Source: Leptolyngbyaceae cyanobacterium
Lineage (GTDB): Bacteria; Cyanobacteriota; Cyanobacteriia; Phormidesmidales; Phormidesmidaceae
Reading direction: 5' to 3'
Length of the DNA stretch: 64,000 bases
Assembly: GCA_050331235.1 (NCBI GenBank)
Contig: JBHJHA010000060.1
Coordinates: 1 to 64,000 of the forward strand
Both the position numbers and the translations under genes were made by a program. Shown here one piece after another: positions 10,764 through 20,261 of the stretch. The number at the start of each line of letters is the position of its first letter. Position 1 is the stretch's first letter. A model generated the notes under the pieces. It saw nothing but the letters and a program-made list of their open reading frames with translations. It was not told the origin of the DNA and searched no databases.

Positions 10764-11196
10764 TGACGGTGATTGGTACCAGCAAGGCAAATGCTGCGCT
10801 GCCAAGCACCGGGCGCACCGGACCGAGCAAATGAGTGTAATCGCAGCTTGTCATCAGCGTCAACTTGGTCATGCCCCAAACCGATGGGGGCTCATGGAAT
10901 CCCTTGGTCGTCGTTAGCTGGCTAGAGCAAGAGCTCATAGCTGCATTAGACCCGGAATTTAGTTTTGTCCAGACTACTGCATCGAGGCCAAAAGAGGCGA
11001 ACGAATGCTGGATTCGATAAACTTAAGTTTGGGACAAGGATTTTGGATAAGTCAAGCGACCCGCTCCCCCTTTGAGGAGGCGTCTTCAGTGGGGAGGGTG
11101 GGACTGGAAACAGCTCAACTTCAATCTGAAGGAGCCAGATCTCCGCTCAGGCGAGCATTGTGCACGATCAACAGCAAGATATATGGTAAGTGTGGC

Positions 11197-11799
11197 CTAT
11201 CGCCAAACATAAATTAGGATGAATAATACAATCCAAATTACGTCTACGAAATGCCAGAAAATTGATGCTGCGTTGACTCCATACTCGCCACTTTCATAAT
11301 TATTGGGGATAAACGATCGCCCCAGCATGACGCCTTGCAGCATGACGCCTGTAAGGACGTGTAAACCATGAAACCCGGTCAACAAATAAAACGTGCCGCC
11401 AAATAGTCCGTCTGTAAAGCCAAAGGGTAGCCCCAACCACTCCACCGCTTGCCCATAAAGAAAAAAGCTGCCCATCGCCATGGTTAGCAACCAAAAAATG
11501 CGAAAGCCCCACAAATTTTCTCTATGTAGAAATCGCTACGCAAAATAAATTACGAAACTACTAGACACAAGAACAATGGTGTTAATCAACGGATAGCGGA
11601 ATTCGAGGCCATCAAACCCTGCTGGATACCAATCGGCTGTGCTGGTTTTGTAAACGATATAACCCACAAAAAAGCTGATAAAAATAACGCTTTCCGAAAG
11701 CAAGAAGACGATGAACCCAAACATGCGATGGTCTTCTTCTTCGTGCTCCATAGCGTGAACGTTTTGCGCCTTCGTCTGATCGAGATTAGCTGTGCTCAC
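11197..11799 (-). pseudogene. ctaE: Haem-copper oxidase subunit III (ARTO type), interrupted by one in-frame TAG at 11536-11538
   Basis: Both ORF-track halves lie in one frame (603 bp): ...SSSFVIYFA*RFLHRENLWGFRIFWLL... Motifs FLLSES, TGFHGLHV and WHFVDVIW are intact. The stop may be a sequencing error. Confidence 0.8.
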
Positions 11800-13468
11800 T
11801 GACTAACTCCTTTGCGGGGGTGTTTTCAACTAAAGGTTCATCACTGCCGTAGCCGTAGGGAGCTGACACGACCACTGGAATCTCATCAAAGTTTTCATGG
11901 GGTGGAGGAGAGGCCACGAGCCACTCGAGACCGATTGCGCGCCAAGGGTTATCGCCTGCTTCCTTACCCCGAGTCCATGCACTCAGCATATTCAAAATAA
12001 ATGGAATCGTAGAAACTCCCAGCAGAAAGCCTCCTAAACTCGCTAGCACATTCCAAAAGGCGAACTCTGGGTCATAGGACGCCACCCGACGCGGCATGCC
12101 CATCAGCCCAGCGGGGTGCATCGGAAAAAAGTTGAGATTGGCCCCGATAAAGGACAACACAAAGTGCAACTGCCCTAAGCCTTCGTAATACATACGCCCC
12201 GTCATCTTAGGAAACCAATGATAGATGGCGGCATAAAAGCCCATCGTCACAGTTCCATACAGCACATAGTGAAAATGACCGACGACGTAGTAAGTGTTGT
12301 TGACATGAATATCGAACGGCACTGATCCCAATGTGATGCCAGTAATACCAGCAAACACCCACATGGCCAAACCGCCTAAAGCAAACAACATCGGTGTATT
12401 AAGGCGTAGCTTGCCGCCCCATACGGTTGCCACCCAGGCAAATACTTTGATCCCTGTGGGCACTGAGATAGTCATGGTAGAAAACATGAAGATCATGCGC
12501 ATCCAGCTAGGCGTACCGCTGGCAAACATATGATGCACCCAGACAATGAGGCTCAAACCTGTGATCACAAGGGAAGAAACCGCCACGACTGGATAACCGA
12601 ATAGCGGCTTACGTGAGTAAACCGGAAAGACTTCTGAGAAAACACCAAAAATCGGCAGGATAATAACATAAACTGCTGGATGCGAGTAGAACCAAAAGAA
12701 ATGCTGATAGAGAACCGGATCGCCACCTAGCTCCGGATTAAAAAAGCTGGTTCCCGCTGTGAGATCAAATAGCAGCATGACCGCTCCAGCCGTCAGTGCC
12801 GGTAAACCAATGAGCTGGATAAGCTGAGCGGCTAAAACAGTCCAGCAAAAAACAGGCATTTTGAACCAGCCCATGCCCGGTGCCCGCATCCGAAAAATGG
12901 TGGTCACAATATTGACCGCACCCATAATGGAAGAAACCCCAGATAAGGCAACGGCCACCAACCAAAGAAACTGACCATTAATCAAATTACCTGTAGGATT
13001 TTGCAGGCTGACTGGGGGATAGGCCCACCAACCTGATTGCGACGGTCCCCCTGGCACAAAGAAACTGACCGTCAAAATGATGCCAAACACCGGTACCAAC
13101 CAAAAGGCGGCGGCATTGAGCCTGGGAAATGCCATATCCCGTGCGCCAATCATCAGCGGCACCAAATAGTTGGCAAGTCCATTCAGCATAGGAAATGTCC
13201 ACATGAACAGCATGAGGGTGCCATGCATGGTGAACAACCCGTTGTAGACTGTGCGGTCAACCAGATCGGCTTCGGGGGTAATCAGCTCACCCCGCATGAT
13301 CATGGCTAATAGCCCCGCAAACAAAAAGAATGCGAAGGCCGTCACAATGTATTGAATGCCAATGACCTTGTGATCAGTGCTGAAGGTAAAAAATCGCTTC
13401 CAATTATCGGGAGCACCGGGTTGAGGCTGCAAACTTGGCTGCAGAGCCTCTAAAGATGCATTACTCAT
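11786..13468 (-). CDS. ctaD: Haem-copper oxidase subunit I (A2-type YS motif)
   Basis: TDHKVIG, TMHG, WFYSHPAVY, VWVHHMF, VGHFHYV metal-ligand motifs. Confidence 0.95.
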   Translation of the reverse strand: MSNASLEALQPSLQPQPGAPDNWKRFFTFSTDHKVIGIQYIVTAFAFFLFAGLLAMIMRGELITPEADLVDRTVYNGLFTMHGTLMLFMWTFPMLNGLANYLVPLMIGARDMAFPRLNAAAFWLVPVFGIILTVSFFVPGGPSQSGWWAYPPVSLQNPTGNLINGQFLWLVAVALSGVSSIMGAVNIVTTIFRMRAPGMGWFKMPVFCWTVLAAQLIQLIGLPALTAGAVMLLFDLTAGTSFFNPELGGDPVLYQHFFWFYSHPAVYVIILPIFGVFSEVFPVYSRKPLFGYPVVAVSSLVITGLSLIVWVHHMFASGTPSWMRMIFMFSTMTISVPTGIKVFAWVATVWGGKLRLNTPMLFALGGLAMWVFAGITGITLGSVPFDIHVNNTYYVVGHFHYVLYGTVTMGFYAAIYHWFPKMTGRMYYEGLGQLHFVLSFIGANLNFFPMHPAGLMGMPRRVASYDPEFAFWNVLASLGGFLLGVSTIPFILNMLSAWTRGKEAGDNPWRAIGLEWLVASPPPHENFDEIPVVVSAPYGYGSDEPLVENTPAKELVSEHS

Positions 13469-14378
13469 AAGTTTCCTCTTCTGCGCTGGCGTAATTAACG
13501 ACGGGGGGCTCAGCCGGCTTAACAGTCTTCCAGCCTAAACTGATGGGATTTTCTTGGTTGCGGGCAAATTCCTCATAGGCCCGATTGTCGGCGGGGGCAG
13601 GCGATCGCTGCGCCGCCGTAGCCAGCCAATCCTGGTACTTTTCTGGTGACTCCACAACGACATAGCTTTGATTAGCCGCAAAATAGGTGCCGCTAAAGTC
13701 AGAATCGCGCACACGATAGCGTCCTTCACGCACCGGCGTAAACTCAAAGCTGATCTCACGGCCAGGAATAATATCCTGCTTGATGCGAAAGGCAGGGACA
13801 TAGAAGCCATGGAGAACGTCTTCGGACACCAGCTTAAGATATGCCCGCTGATCAACCGGCAGATGCAGTTCCGTACTGCTCACGTCTTGATCGGGATAGT
13901 GAAATTCCCACGCCCATTGTCGGGCTCGCACTTCAATCGGTTTAGTCGGTTCAGCTGCCGCAACCAGGGGAGCAGCATTAGCCGAGGCCATGCCCATCGC
14001 CTTGGGCTCCATGGAACCCAAGATTTCCATACGATCATAGGTCTGGTAGCTGGCAAAAGCGATGCCCACTATGACTAAAGTTGGCACCACCGTCCAAATG
14101 ATTTCCAATTTGATGTTCCCTTCTATGGGGGGACCATCACTGGTGTCGTATTTAGGTGCCCGCTGAAAGATCATTGAGTAAATCAGCGTTCCAACCACAC
14201 CAAAAAAGATGAGGCTGCCAACCGTCGTCATCAGGCTAAAGAGATCATCCACCAACATCGACTCAGCCGATGCCTGGGGCGGTAACCAGCGATAGGCTTG
14301 TTGCCCAATCCAAAGGCTCAACAGCGTATCGGCGATCGCCAAGCCAATCACGACAAAAATCCAACGTTGCTTAAACAT
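13461..14378 (-). CDS. ctaC: Haem-copper oxidase subunit II lacking CuA ligands (ARTO type)
   Basis: LEIIWT, QWAWEFHY and DVLHGFYVP are present. The CuA segment CxExCGxxHxxM is replaced by DSDFSGTYFAAN. Confidence 0.9.
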   Translation of the reverse strand: MFKQRWIFVVIGLAIADTLLSLWIGQQAYRWLPPQASAESMLVDDLFSLMTTVGSLIFFGVVGTLIYSMIFQRAPKYDTSDGPPIEGNIKLEIIWTVVPTLVIVGIAFASYQTYDRMEILGSMEPKAMGMASANAAPLVAAAEPTKPIEVRARQWAWEFHYPDQDVSSTELHLPVDQRAYLKLVSEDVLHGFYVPAFRIKQDIIPGREISFEFTPVREGRYRVRDSDFSGTYFAANQSYVVVESPEKYQDWLATAAQRSPAPADNRAYEEFARNQENPISLGWKTVKPAEPPVVNYASAEEETYE

Positions 14379-14384
14379 TGCAGC

Positions 14385-15035
14385 TTATAGCCTCAAACTC
14401 TTTATGACCACATTCAGAAGCTGGGCATTGGGATCAAGCCCTTCCTTGAGCAGACGATCAGCCGTGACGTGAATGCCAAAGTCAGAACCTAGATGAGCTC
14501 CCAGCGTTCCCTGTAAAAACATCAGGACAAAAATTCCGAGTCCCGCTAACAGGTAACTCCACTGCACCTGTCGAGCTCGATCAACTCGCCAGACATATCG
14601 CTGGAAGCCTCGCCAAACAGTCATTCCGACAATCAGCGCCAGCAGTAAAACGCCGCCTAAGCCATGCCATACCATCGTATCCATTGCCCCTAATCCCCAG
14701 GGGCTTTGAATACTCATATCGGGCTCAGCCAAAATAATTTCATAAAAGCCAGCGGCAACGGTGAAGAAAGTCACCACTGCCCCAGCCACCATGTTGAACC
14801 AGCCCACATCATATAAATTTGAGCTAACCACTGGAATAGCTAGAAACTTAAAGATTGGCTTTTCTAGGGGATATAGGGCAGCGACGATATCAAACGCGAT
14901 CGCAACGATAAATAAGCCCAAGGTCAAGTGAACAAGATTGGGATGAATTGGAACTTTATAGGGCAATCCGTTGGCTTGGGCCCCTAGCCATAGCGTCGAT
15001 GCCGCGCCCTGCAATACTGCAATAGCCATAGCCAT
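14385..15035 (-). CDS. DUF2231-like membrane protein
   Basis: PIHPNLVH N-terminal motif, about four TM helices, further His residues (WHG, AHL, IHV); in the oxidase operon. Confidence 0.75.
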   Translation of the reverse strand: MAMAIAVLQGAASTLWLGAQANGLPYKVPIHPNLVHLTLGLFIVAIAFDIVAALYPLEKPIFKFLAIPVVSSNLYDVGWFNMVAGAVVTFFTVAAGFYEIILAEPDMSIQSPWGLGAMDTMVWHGLGGVLLLALIVGMTVWRGFQRYVWRVDRARQVQWSYLLAGLGIFVLMFLQGTLGAHLGSDFGIHVTADRLLKEGLDPNAQLLNVVIKSLRL

Positions 15036-15535
15036 TAAAGAAGACCTCCTCGGATAGCTTCAACCACCGGCGCAGAGTGCAAGCCATACACCCAGACTAA
15101 ATTGTCACCTAGATAAATCTGAAAGAATACAATCATCATCAGAATTGCATCCACGCCCACATAAACCGCCGGCAGAGAGTCAGTATTACGCAGGCGAATA
15201 ATGTATCGCCAACCCGTGATCAGGGCCAACAACCCAGATAAGGACCAGCCGATGAGCGTGTGCAAATTTAGGGTGCCAGCGGCTGCAGCGTAGGGAGTCG
15301 CCAACCCCGCCTCGATTTGCCCAAAGATGATCGCAATAAAAATTGAAACCGTGGCAAATACCATGTTCCACCATCCCACCTCTAAGAGGCGGGAATTTTT
15401 GTTGAAATAGCCAATGACGTCACACAAAATGCCAAACAGCACCATCGCAATCACAAAGTGCACCACGATGGGGTGAATCGTGTCGGGGTAGGGTAAATTG
15501 TGGTCGTTGAGGGGGGGCAGTAAATTTTCGAACAC
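15035..15535 (-). CDS. DUF2231-like membrane protein
   Basis: TIHPIVVHF motif, four TM helices, NLHT and GLHS; GTG start with AGGAG SD; stop overlaps the next gene's ATG. Confidence 0.75.
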   Translation of the reverse strand: MFENLLPPLNDHNLPYPDTIHPIVVHFVIAMVLFGILCDVIGYFNKNSRLLEVGWWNMVFATVSIFIAIIFGQIEAGLATPYAAAAGTLNLHTLIGWSLSGLLALITGWRYIIRLRNTDSLPAVYVGVDAILMMIVFFQIYLGDNLVWVYGLHSAPVVEAIRGGLL

Positions 15536-16391
15536 AAGCGTCTCCTAAGAGAACAAATCTGACACTTCTCCCAGCTCCACTCCAGTGATGAGCATAGTCA
15601 TCGATATCTTGGTGAATAAGCAAAACTATCGCAGGCTGGCGATATTCAGCCTGATTCTAAACGCGACGCTTTGCTGAGAAAAGCGTAACTGCATTGTAAC
15701 CATGACGATTGCAATTTTCAGGTCCGCTCCGATGATTCTCAAGTGGAACTTGATTGAGTCAAATCTATTCTAGGCTGGGTGGCTCTGCTGTCAGAAAACT
15801 GTCCAGAGTTTCTTGAAAACCTTTACAGAGCAGACGCTCCAGCGATTACCAGACCGCATCGAGTGACTGTTGTTGACTTGAACGATGGGCCGCTCCAAAT
15901 CCTTCGCCAGACTGTTGGTTTAAATAATGGAAACTCAGGCTTCAGTTTAATTCAAGATTTTTCTTTATTGGGCGTTAAAGACACATCCAGCTGTTAATCG
16001 TCACCACAAAAAGCTTAAGAATAGATTAGGAACGCTGAGACTCTCAATGTATTTTGATACTTAGTTGGTCATGAGCTTATCGATAATGCCCGGAGTGAAA
16101 TCACCAGATCGATATTGATGCAGTACGGTCAAAATCCGTATTTGGCACAGGGGGATATTGCACATTCTGGTTGGGAGATGTTTCAGCAGGTGCCCCTAGA
16201 CAATAGCTATCATTTGACTGGCGAGGGATCACCGTGGGTAAAGCGGTACCGAGTTCAAAGTGTAAGAAAAAGCTGTGTCACAAGCGATCTAGCGATTGAA
16301 AGTCTCTCAACTTGACCGCGGCTTACTCCGGTATCCGTACTGAAGCTTTTGAGCTGATTCGGTATTCGCCTCTGCTGCAACCATAGCGCTG

Positions 16392-17474
16392 CTACAGACC
16401 TCGATCGCCGCTGTGGGTAAAAACATGAAGGGCTTCAGGATTGACTTTTACGCGAACGGTTTGCGCAAGTTCTAGCCGGTGATCGGCTGAAGTCCGTGCG
16501 TGAAATTGCTCTCCGCCGGCAGTCATGATGGTGTAGCGATATTCACGGCCGAGAAATTGGCGATCGCCCACTACTAACGGCCCTTCGGGATCGGCTATCA
16601 AAGACAGGTCCTCCTGCCGCACCATGAGCTCACCGACCGTGCCATCAGCGACTTTTTCCTTACTCGGGAACGTCCCTAGCCGGGTGTGCCAATGGTGGTG
16701 TCGACATTCCCCAGCAACAAAATTTGCTTGAGTTACGAAGCCAGCTACAAATCGAGATGCCGGTTGGCGATAAATGGCTTCAGGAGTGCCAATTTGCTCA
16801 ATACTGCCCGCTCGCATCACTGCCAACCGGTCAGAAATCGAGAGCGCTTCTTCTTGGTCATGGGTGACAAATACCCCAGAAGTTCCGACACTTTTGAGAA
16901 TACTACGGACTTCTTGACGCAAATATAGTCGCACCTGAACGTCTAAATTGCTAAAGGGTTCATCCAATAAAATCAATGCTGGCCGTGGCGCGATCGCCCG
17001 GGCCAAAGCAACTCGCTGCTGTTGCCCCCCGGACAGCTCATGGGGAAACCGTTTCTCAAAGCCGGTGAGCCCAACTAGGGCGATCGCCCGTTGGGCCTCT
17101 TCATGAATTTGGCAAGTCGCTAGTTTGCCACGACGAGCAAGATTCTTGAGGCCAAAGCTAACATTGTCCAAGACGCACAAATGGGGAAACAGGGCGTAAT
17201 CTTGGAATACGACACCCACGTCGCGGCGTTCAGGCGGATACCAAACACCATCGCCACAAACCTGATGGCCCGCCAGATCTACGGTGCCATGTTGAGGTTT
17301 CTCAAACCCGGCAATGACTCTCAGTAATGTGGTTTTGCCGCATCCAGAGGGGCCCAGCAGTCCCAGCAGATCCCCTTGATTGAGGGTGAGGCTCACCCGA
17401 TCAATTGCCGGCGTCGGCTGGTGCCGAAATTGTTTAACTAAACTGTCAAGCTTCAGGATGACCGAGCGCGTCAT
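16392..17474 (-). CDS. futC: Fe3+ ABC transporter ATP-binding subunit (FutC/FbpC type)
   Basis: GPSGCGKT, LSGGQQQRVALARA, LLDEPFSNLD and a C-terminal TOBE-like region. ATG at 17474 chosen; Fur-like box upstream. Confidence 0.8.
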   Translation of the reverse strand: MTRSVILKLDSLVKQFRHQPTPAIDRVSLTLNQGDLLGLLGPSGCGKTTLLRVIAGFEKPQHGTVDLAGHQVCGDGVWYPPERRDVGVVFQDYALFPHLCVLDNVSFGLKNLARRGKLATCQIHEEAQRAIALVGLTGFEKRFPHELSGGQQQRVALARAIAPRPALILLDEPFSNLDVQVRLYLRQEVRSILKSVGTSGVFVTHDQEEALSISDRLAVMRAGSIEQIGTPEAIYRQPASRFVAGFVTQANFVAGECRHHHWHTRLGTFPSKEKVADGTVGELMVRQEDLSLIADPEGPLVVGDRQFLGREYRYTIMTAGGEQFHARTSADHRLELAQTVRVKVNPEALHVFTHSGDRGL

Positions 17475-17505
17475 GGGGCAGGTGCCATTGCAGTAATGGG
17501 TGATT

Positions 17506-17524
17506 ATTGCCAATCATATTCAAC
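17506..17524 (-). promoter_or_regulatory. Fur-box-like palindrome
   Basis: ATTGCCAATCATATTCAAC, an imperfect TTG-N11-CAA inverted repeat about 30 bp upstream of the futC ATG. Confidence 0.5.
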
Positions 17525-17560
17525 AAATGTCACGCCAACAGATCTTTTCGACCGTTCCCC

Positions 17561-18802
17561 TCAAAAAAGTTTGGAGGGGGTACTCGATAGGCTATATTGC
17601 CGGCCGCGCCAGGACTTTGGCGTCCTTAGTGAGGATAGCCAAATGCGAATGACCGCTAGCGGATCGGCTAAGGGAGAAAGCCAGAAGGCCCAACAATAGG
17701 GGGATTGGCTTAGATCATAAGACGGCAAAATCGCAAACTGTAAAGCGATGCGGGCCGCAATCAAGCTAGTGTTGAGTCCCAGACTCAGTTGAATGGGGAG
17801 CGAGGGCTGCTCTAAGCTAATGCCCCACAGTAAGCAGGGTAAGCCGAACCAAGGTAAAGCTTGAACACTGGTTAGAAACCAAAGGTCGCCACCTACCTGT
17901 CCGGTAGAAGAAGCGTCCTTTAAATCCAGCGATCGCCCCCATTCGCGCCAAGTTTCACGCAAGCCCTCATACATACGGACCTTCAGTAGTTGCGAGCCGT
18001 CCCAAAAGCCAACCTTTGCCCCTGATTGAGCCGCATGGCGAGCCAGCGTCACATCGTCACAAAACGACTGTCGGGCAACGGCATAGCCCCCCAAGCGGTC
18101 TAGTAGTTCACGCCGACAGAGAAAGCATTGGCCGTTTGCCATGACTCGCTCAGCACCGTCTTCGGCAGCCCCTGTCGGCCCAAAGCGGTAGATTAGAGTC
18201 ATCAATAGAGCTGGCTGCAACCAGATCTCGCCTAAGCCCTTCAGGATAAACCGAGGGGACAAGGATACCAGGTCGTACCCTTCAGCGGCCGCGGTCGCAA
18301 TCAGAGCCGGTACCAAGCCGGGTTGCGGTTGGGTGTCAGCATCTAATCCTAAAATCCACTCGCTGTGAGGTGAACTGTGTTGGTAGCCGTAGTGTAGGGC
18401 CCAAGGGCGACCCACCCACCCCGAAGGTAAAGGGTCGTCAGTCAACAGTTGGATCCGGGGATCGGTCGTTTGAGCCTGCTGGACGATTTCGCGAGTGCCA
18501 TCTTCAGAGCGACTATCAACAATGAGGATCTCGCGCACTTCTGCCGTTTGTTGAGAGAGACCCAATAAGCACGGTGAAATACGGAGGGCTTCATTAAGGG
18601 TCGGGACGACGACGCTAACGCTGTTTAGCTGGTCCGGGGTCAACGGCTCGGGTTTGAGGGGAGGACGGCGAGTGGGTCCTCGAAGTAAGCGTGACAGAAG
18701 GACCATCACTGCCGGTAGCTGCAAGACCAGGAGCACCAGCGCGATCGCACTGATGACCACTGACCAAAAACTAGAAGAAAACATGCAGTCAAGCCTTACC
18801 AA
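17561..18802 (-). CDS. cruG: Carotenoid (myxol) 2'-O-glycosyltransferase, GT2
   Basis: VVVPTLNE, LDADT, MANGQC, FCDDVTLAR, WREWGRSLDLKDA; directly downstream of cruF. Exact start uncertain. Confidence 0.88.
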   Translation of the reverse strand: MVRLDCMFSSSFWSVVISAIALVLLVLQLPAVMVLLSRLLRGPTRRPPLKPEPLTPDQLNSVSVVVPTLNEALRISPCLLGLSQQTAEVREILIVDSRSEDGTREIVQQAQTTDPRIQLLTDDPLPSGWVGRPWALHYGYQHSSPHSEWILGLDADTQPQPGLVPALIATAAAEGYDLVSLSPRFILKGLGEIWLQPALLMTLIYRFGPTGAAEDGAERVMANGQCFLCRRELLDRLGGYAVARQSFCDDVTLARHAAQSGAKVGFWDGSQLLKVRMYEGLRETWREWGRSLDLKDASSTGQVGGDLWFLTSVQALPWFGLPCLLWGISLEQPSLPIQLSLGLNTSLIAARIALQFAILPSYDLSQSPYCWAFWLSPLADPLAVIRIWLSSLRTPKSWRGRQYSLSSTPSKLF

Positions 18803-18804
18803 AC

Positions 18805-19725
18805 TTATTTTGAGAGCCCTGCGGAAGCTGCCATTTTCATGACAGGAGGCTCCGAGGGCTGAGTGTCAGACGCTGGCAACTCCAAAACCTCAGTCGGTGT
18901 CGCGAACCAACACAGTAAAGCGGGTAACGCCCCGACCAGAAGGCCCAACAAAACGGGGACATAAATGCCGCCACCGAGACTCATAAACATGGCAAAGGCA
19001 AAGTTGGCTAGATACATTGTGAGCGGCAATGTCAGCTGTTGTCTGGTGACTGTTTTGAGACGCCCATTGCGACGCCATAGAATCGCTGCCACAGTCATAA
19101 AGGTGGCGCCGGTGACAAACCAGCCCGCAAAGTTTTCATAGGGCATGCCAAAAAATGCCCCCGGTTCATGCCAATACCAAAACGGCATGGCTGTTTGGCT
19201 CATGGCCGGATCTAGGACAAAATCCCAGGACATCAGCAACAGGGCTCCGGTAGCGATCGCAGCAAGTTGATGCGTCCAAGACCGCTGCTTAGCCACAAGT
19301 CCTCCCCGAGCTAGCAGGTAAGACGACACACCTAAATAGAACCAAGACAGCGGGATCGTGAAGGGAACCAGCCCTGCAATCTTGTAGCCAAGACCATTGA
19401 GATAGCTATAATCCCCAAAGGGAAACCCGGTGCTCGTGCCTGATAGCTCACTGGTCAAGGAAATGGCGATCGCAGGTAAACAAAAGGCGAGTAGAGCCTT
19501 CCAACCAAATGACCGCCGCAAGTAGAGAGCAACGGCGGCAGTTCCTAAGAGAATGTAAACCACCCCTCCCCCGGCCATGCTCCAACGGTAGAGGGTCGGA
19601 CCAGCGGGTAAATAATCCAATATTTCAGGATGGGGCATTACCCACAACAACCCTGCCAAACCGAACGCCATCGAGAGCACATGGCCCCATAGGCACCACT
19701 TTTCAACGCGCATTAACCGAGTCAT
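18805..19725 (-). CDS. cruF: Gamma-carotene 1'-hydroxylase
   Basis: SELSGTSTGFPFGDYSY, VPFTIPLSWFY, WDFVLDPAM, GMPYENFAGW. ATG at 19725 chosen. Confidence 0.9.
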   Translation of the reverse strand: MTRLMRVEKWCLWGHVLSMAFGLAGLLWVMPHPEILDYLPAGPTLYRWSMAGGGVVYILLGTAAVALYLRRSFGWKALLAFCLPAIAISLTSELSGTSTGFPFGDYSYLNGLGYKIAGLVPFTIPLSWFYLGVSSYLLARGGLVAKQRSWTHQLAAIATGALLLMSWDFVLDPAMSQTAMPFWYWHEPGAFFGMPYENFAGWFVTGATFMTVAAILWRRNGRLKTVTRQQLTLPLTMYLANFAFAMFMSLGGGIYVPVLLGLLVGALPALLCWFATPTEVLELPASDTQPSEPPVMKMAASAGLSK

Positions 19726-20261
19726 GTACGAATAAACCTCTAACTGCGTGTTCAGTCGCTTTCGTCCGCCGAAGCTGAGAGCTGCAACATTTCTTATTGA
19801 AATCGTGCCCCACTTCACAGGTTTTGTAAAGTTTGCAAAAAGGCACCCTGTGCAGCGAGCGATCGCTGAACTAGCTTTAGTGTATGGCGTGACACCGTCT
19901 TGTGCAGTTACCGTGATTGCCGTTTCGCATCTGTGCCGTCCATTGACATCTGAAACGCGCTGGCACCCGGGGGCTGGAGGCAGACTGATACAAACTCCAA
20001 TTCTCTGCGCTGAACAGGGGAACCCTGTCGAGAAAGCTGGAGCTAGCTGGTCGTTGGTCGCAGTGGTGGTGGTGGTTTGGGGTCGTTCGTAGCCTTAACC
20101 GTGATTCGGAGGTTCACAGCTACGTCCCCCGATCACGTTTCTAGACAATTCCGGTGAATTCTCTCAAGCAGAACGCCCAAAGTTTTATAGACTGACCCAT
20201 TAGGTAAGGTCGCGGTTAACGGTTGAGCTATAGCGAAAAGTTTAGGAGACAGGGAACAACC

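Noticed and set aside
10764..11196. gyrB-ctaE convergent spacer with short ORFs and weak hairpins
   Set aside because: No clear terminator, RNA family or coding signature could be supported.
15749..15763. FNR-like site TTGATTGAGTCAA upstream of the oxidase operon
   Set aside because: Spacing is TTGA-N5-TCAA, one base short of the FNR/CRP geometry.
15779..16315. Short plus-strand ORFs (72 and 66 aa) in the oxidase-futC spacer
   Set aside because: No SD, no motifs and atypical composition; probably chance ORFs.
19823..19841. HLR1 (RpaB)-like repeat upstream of cruF
   Set aside because: One good half-site (TTTACAAA), but the second lies at a 9-bp rather than 10-bp period.
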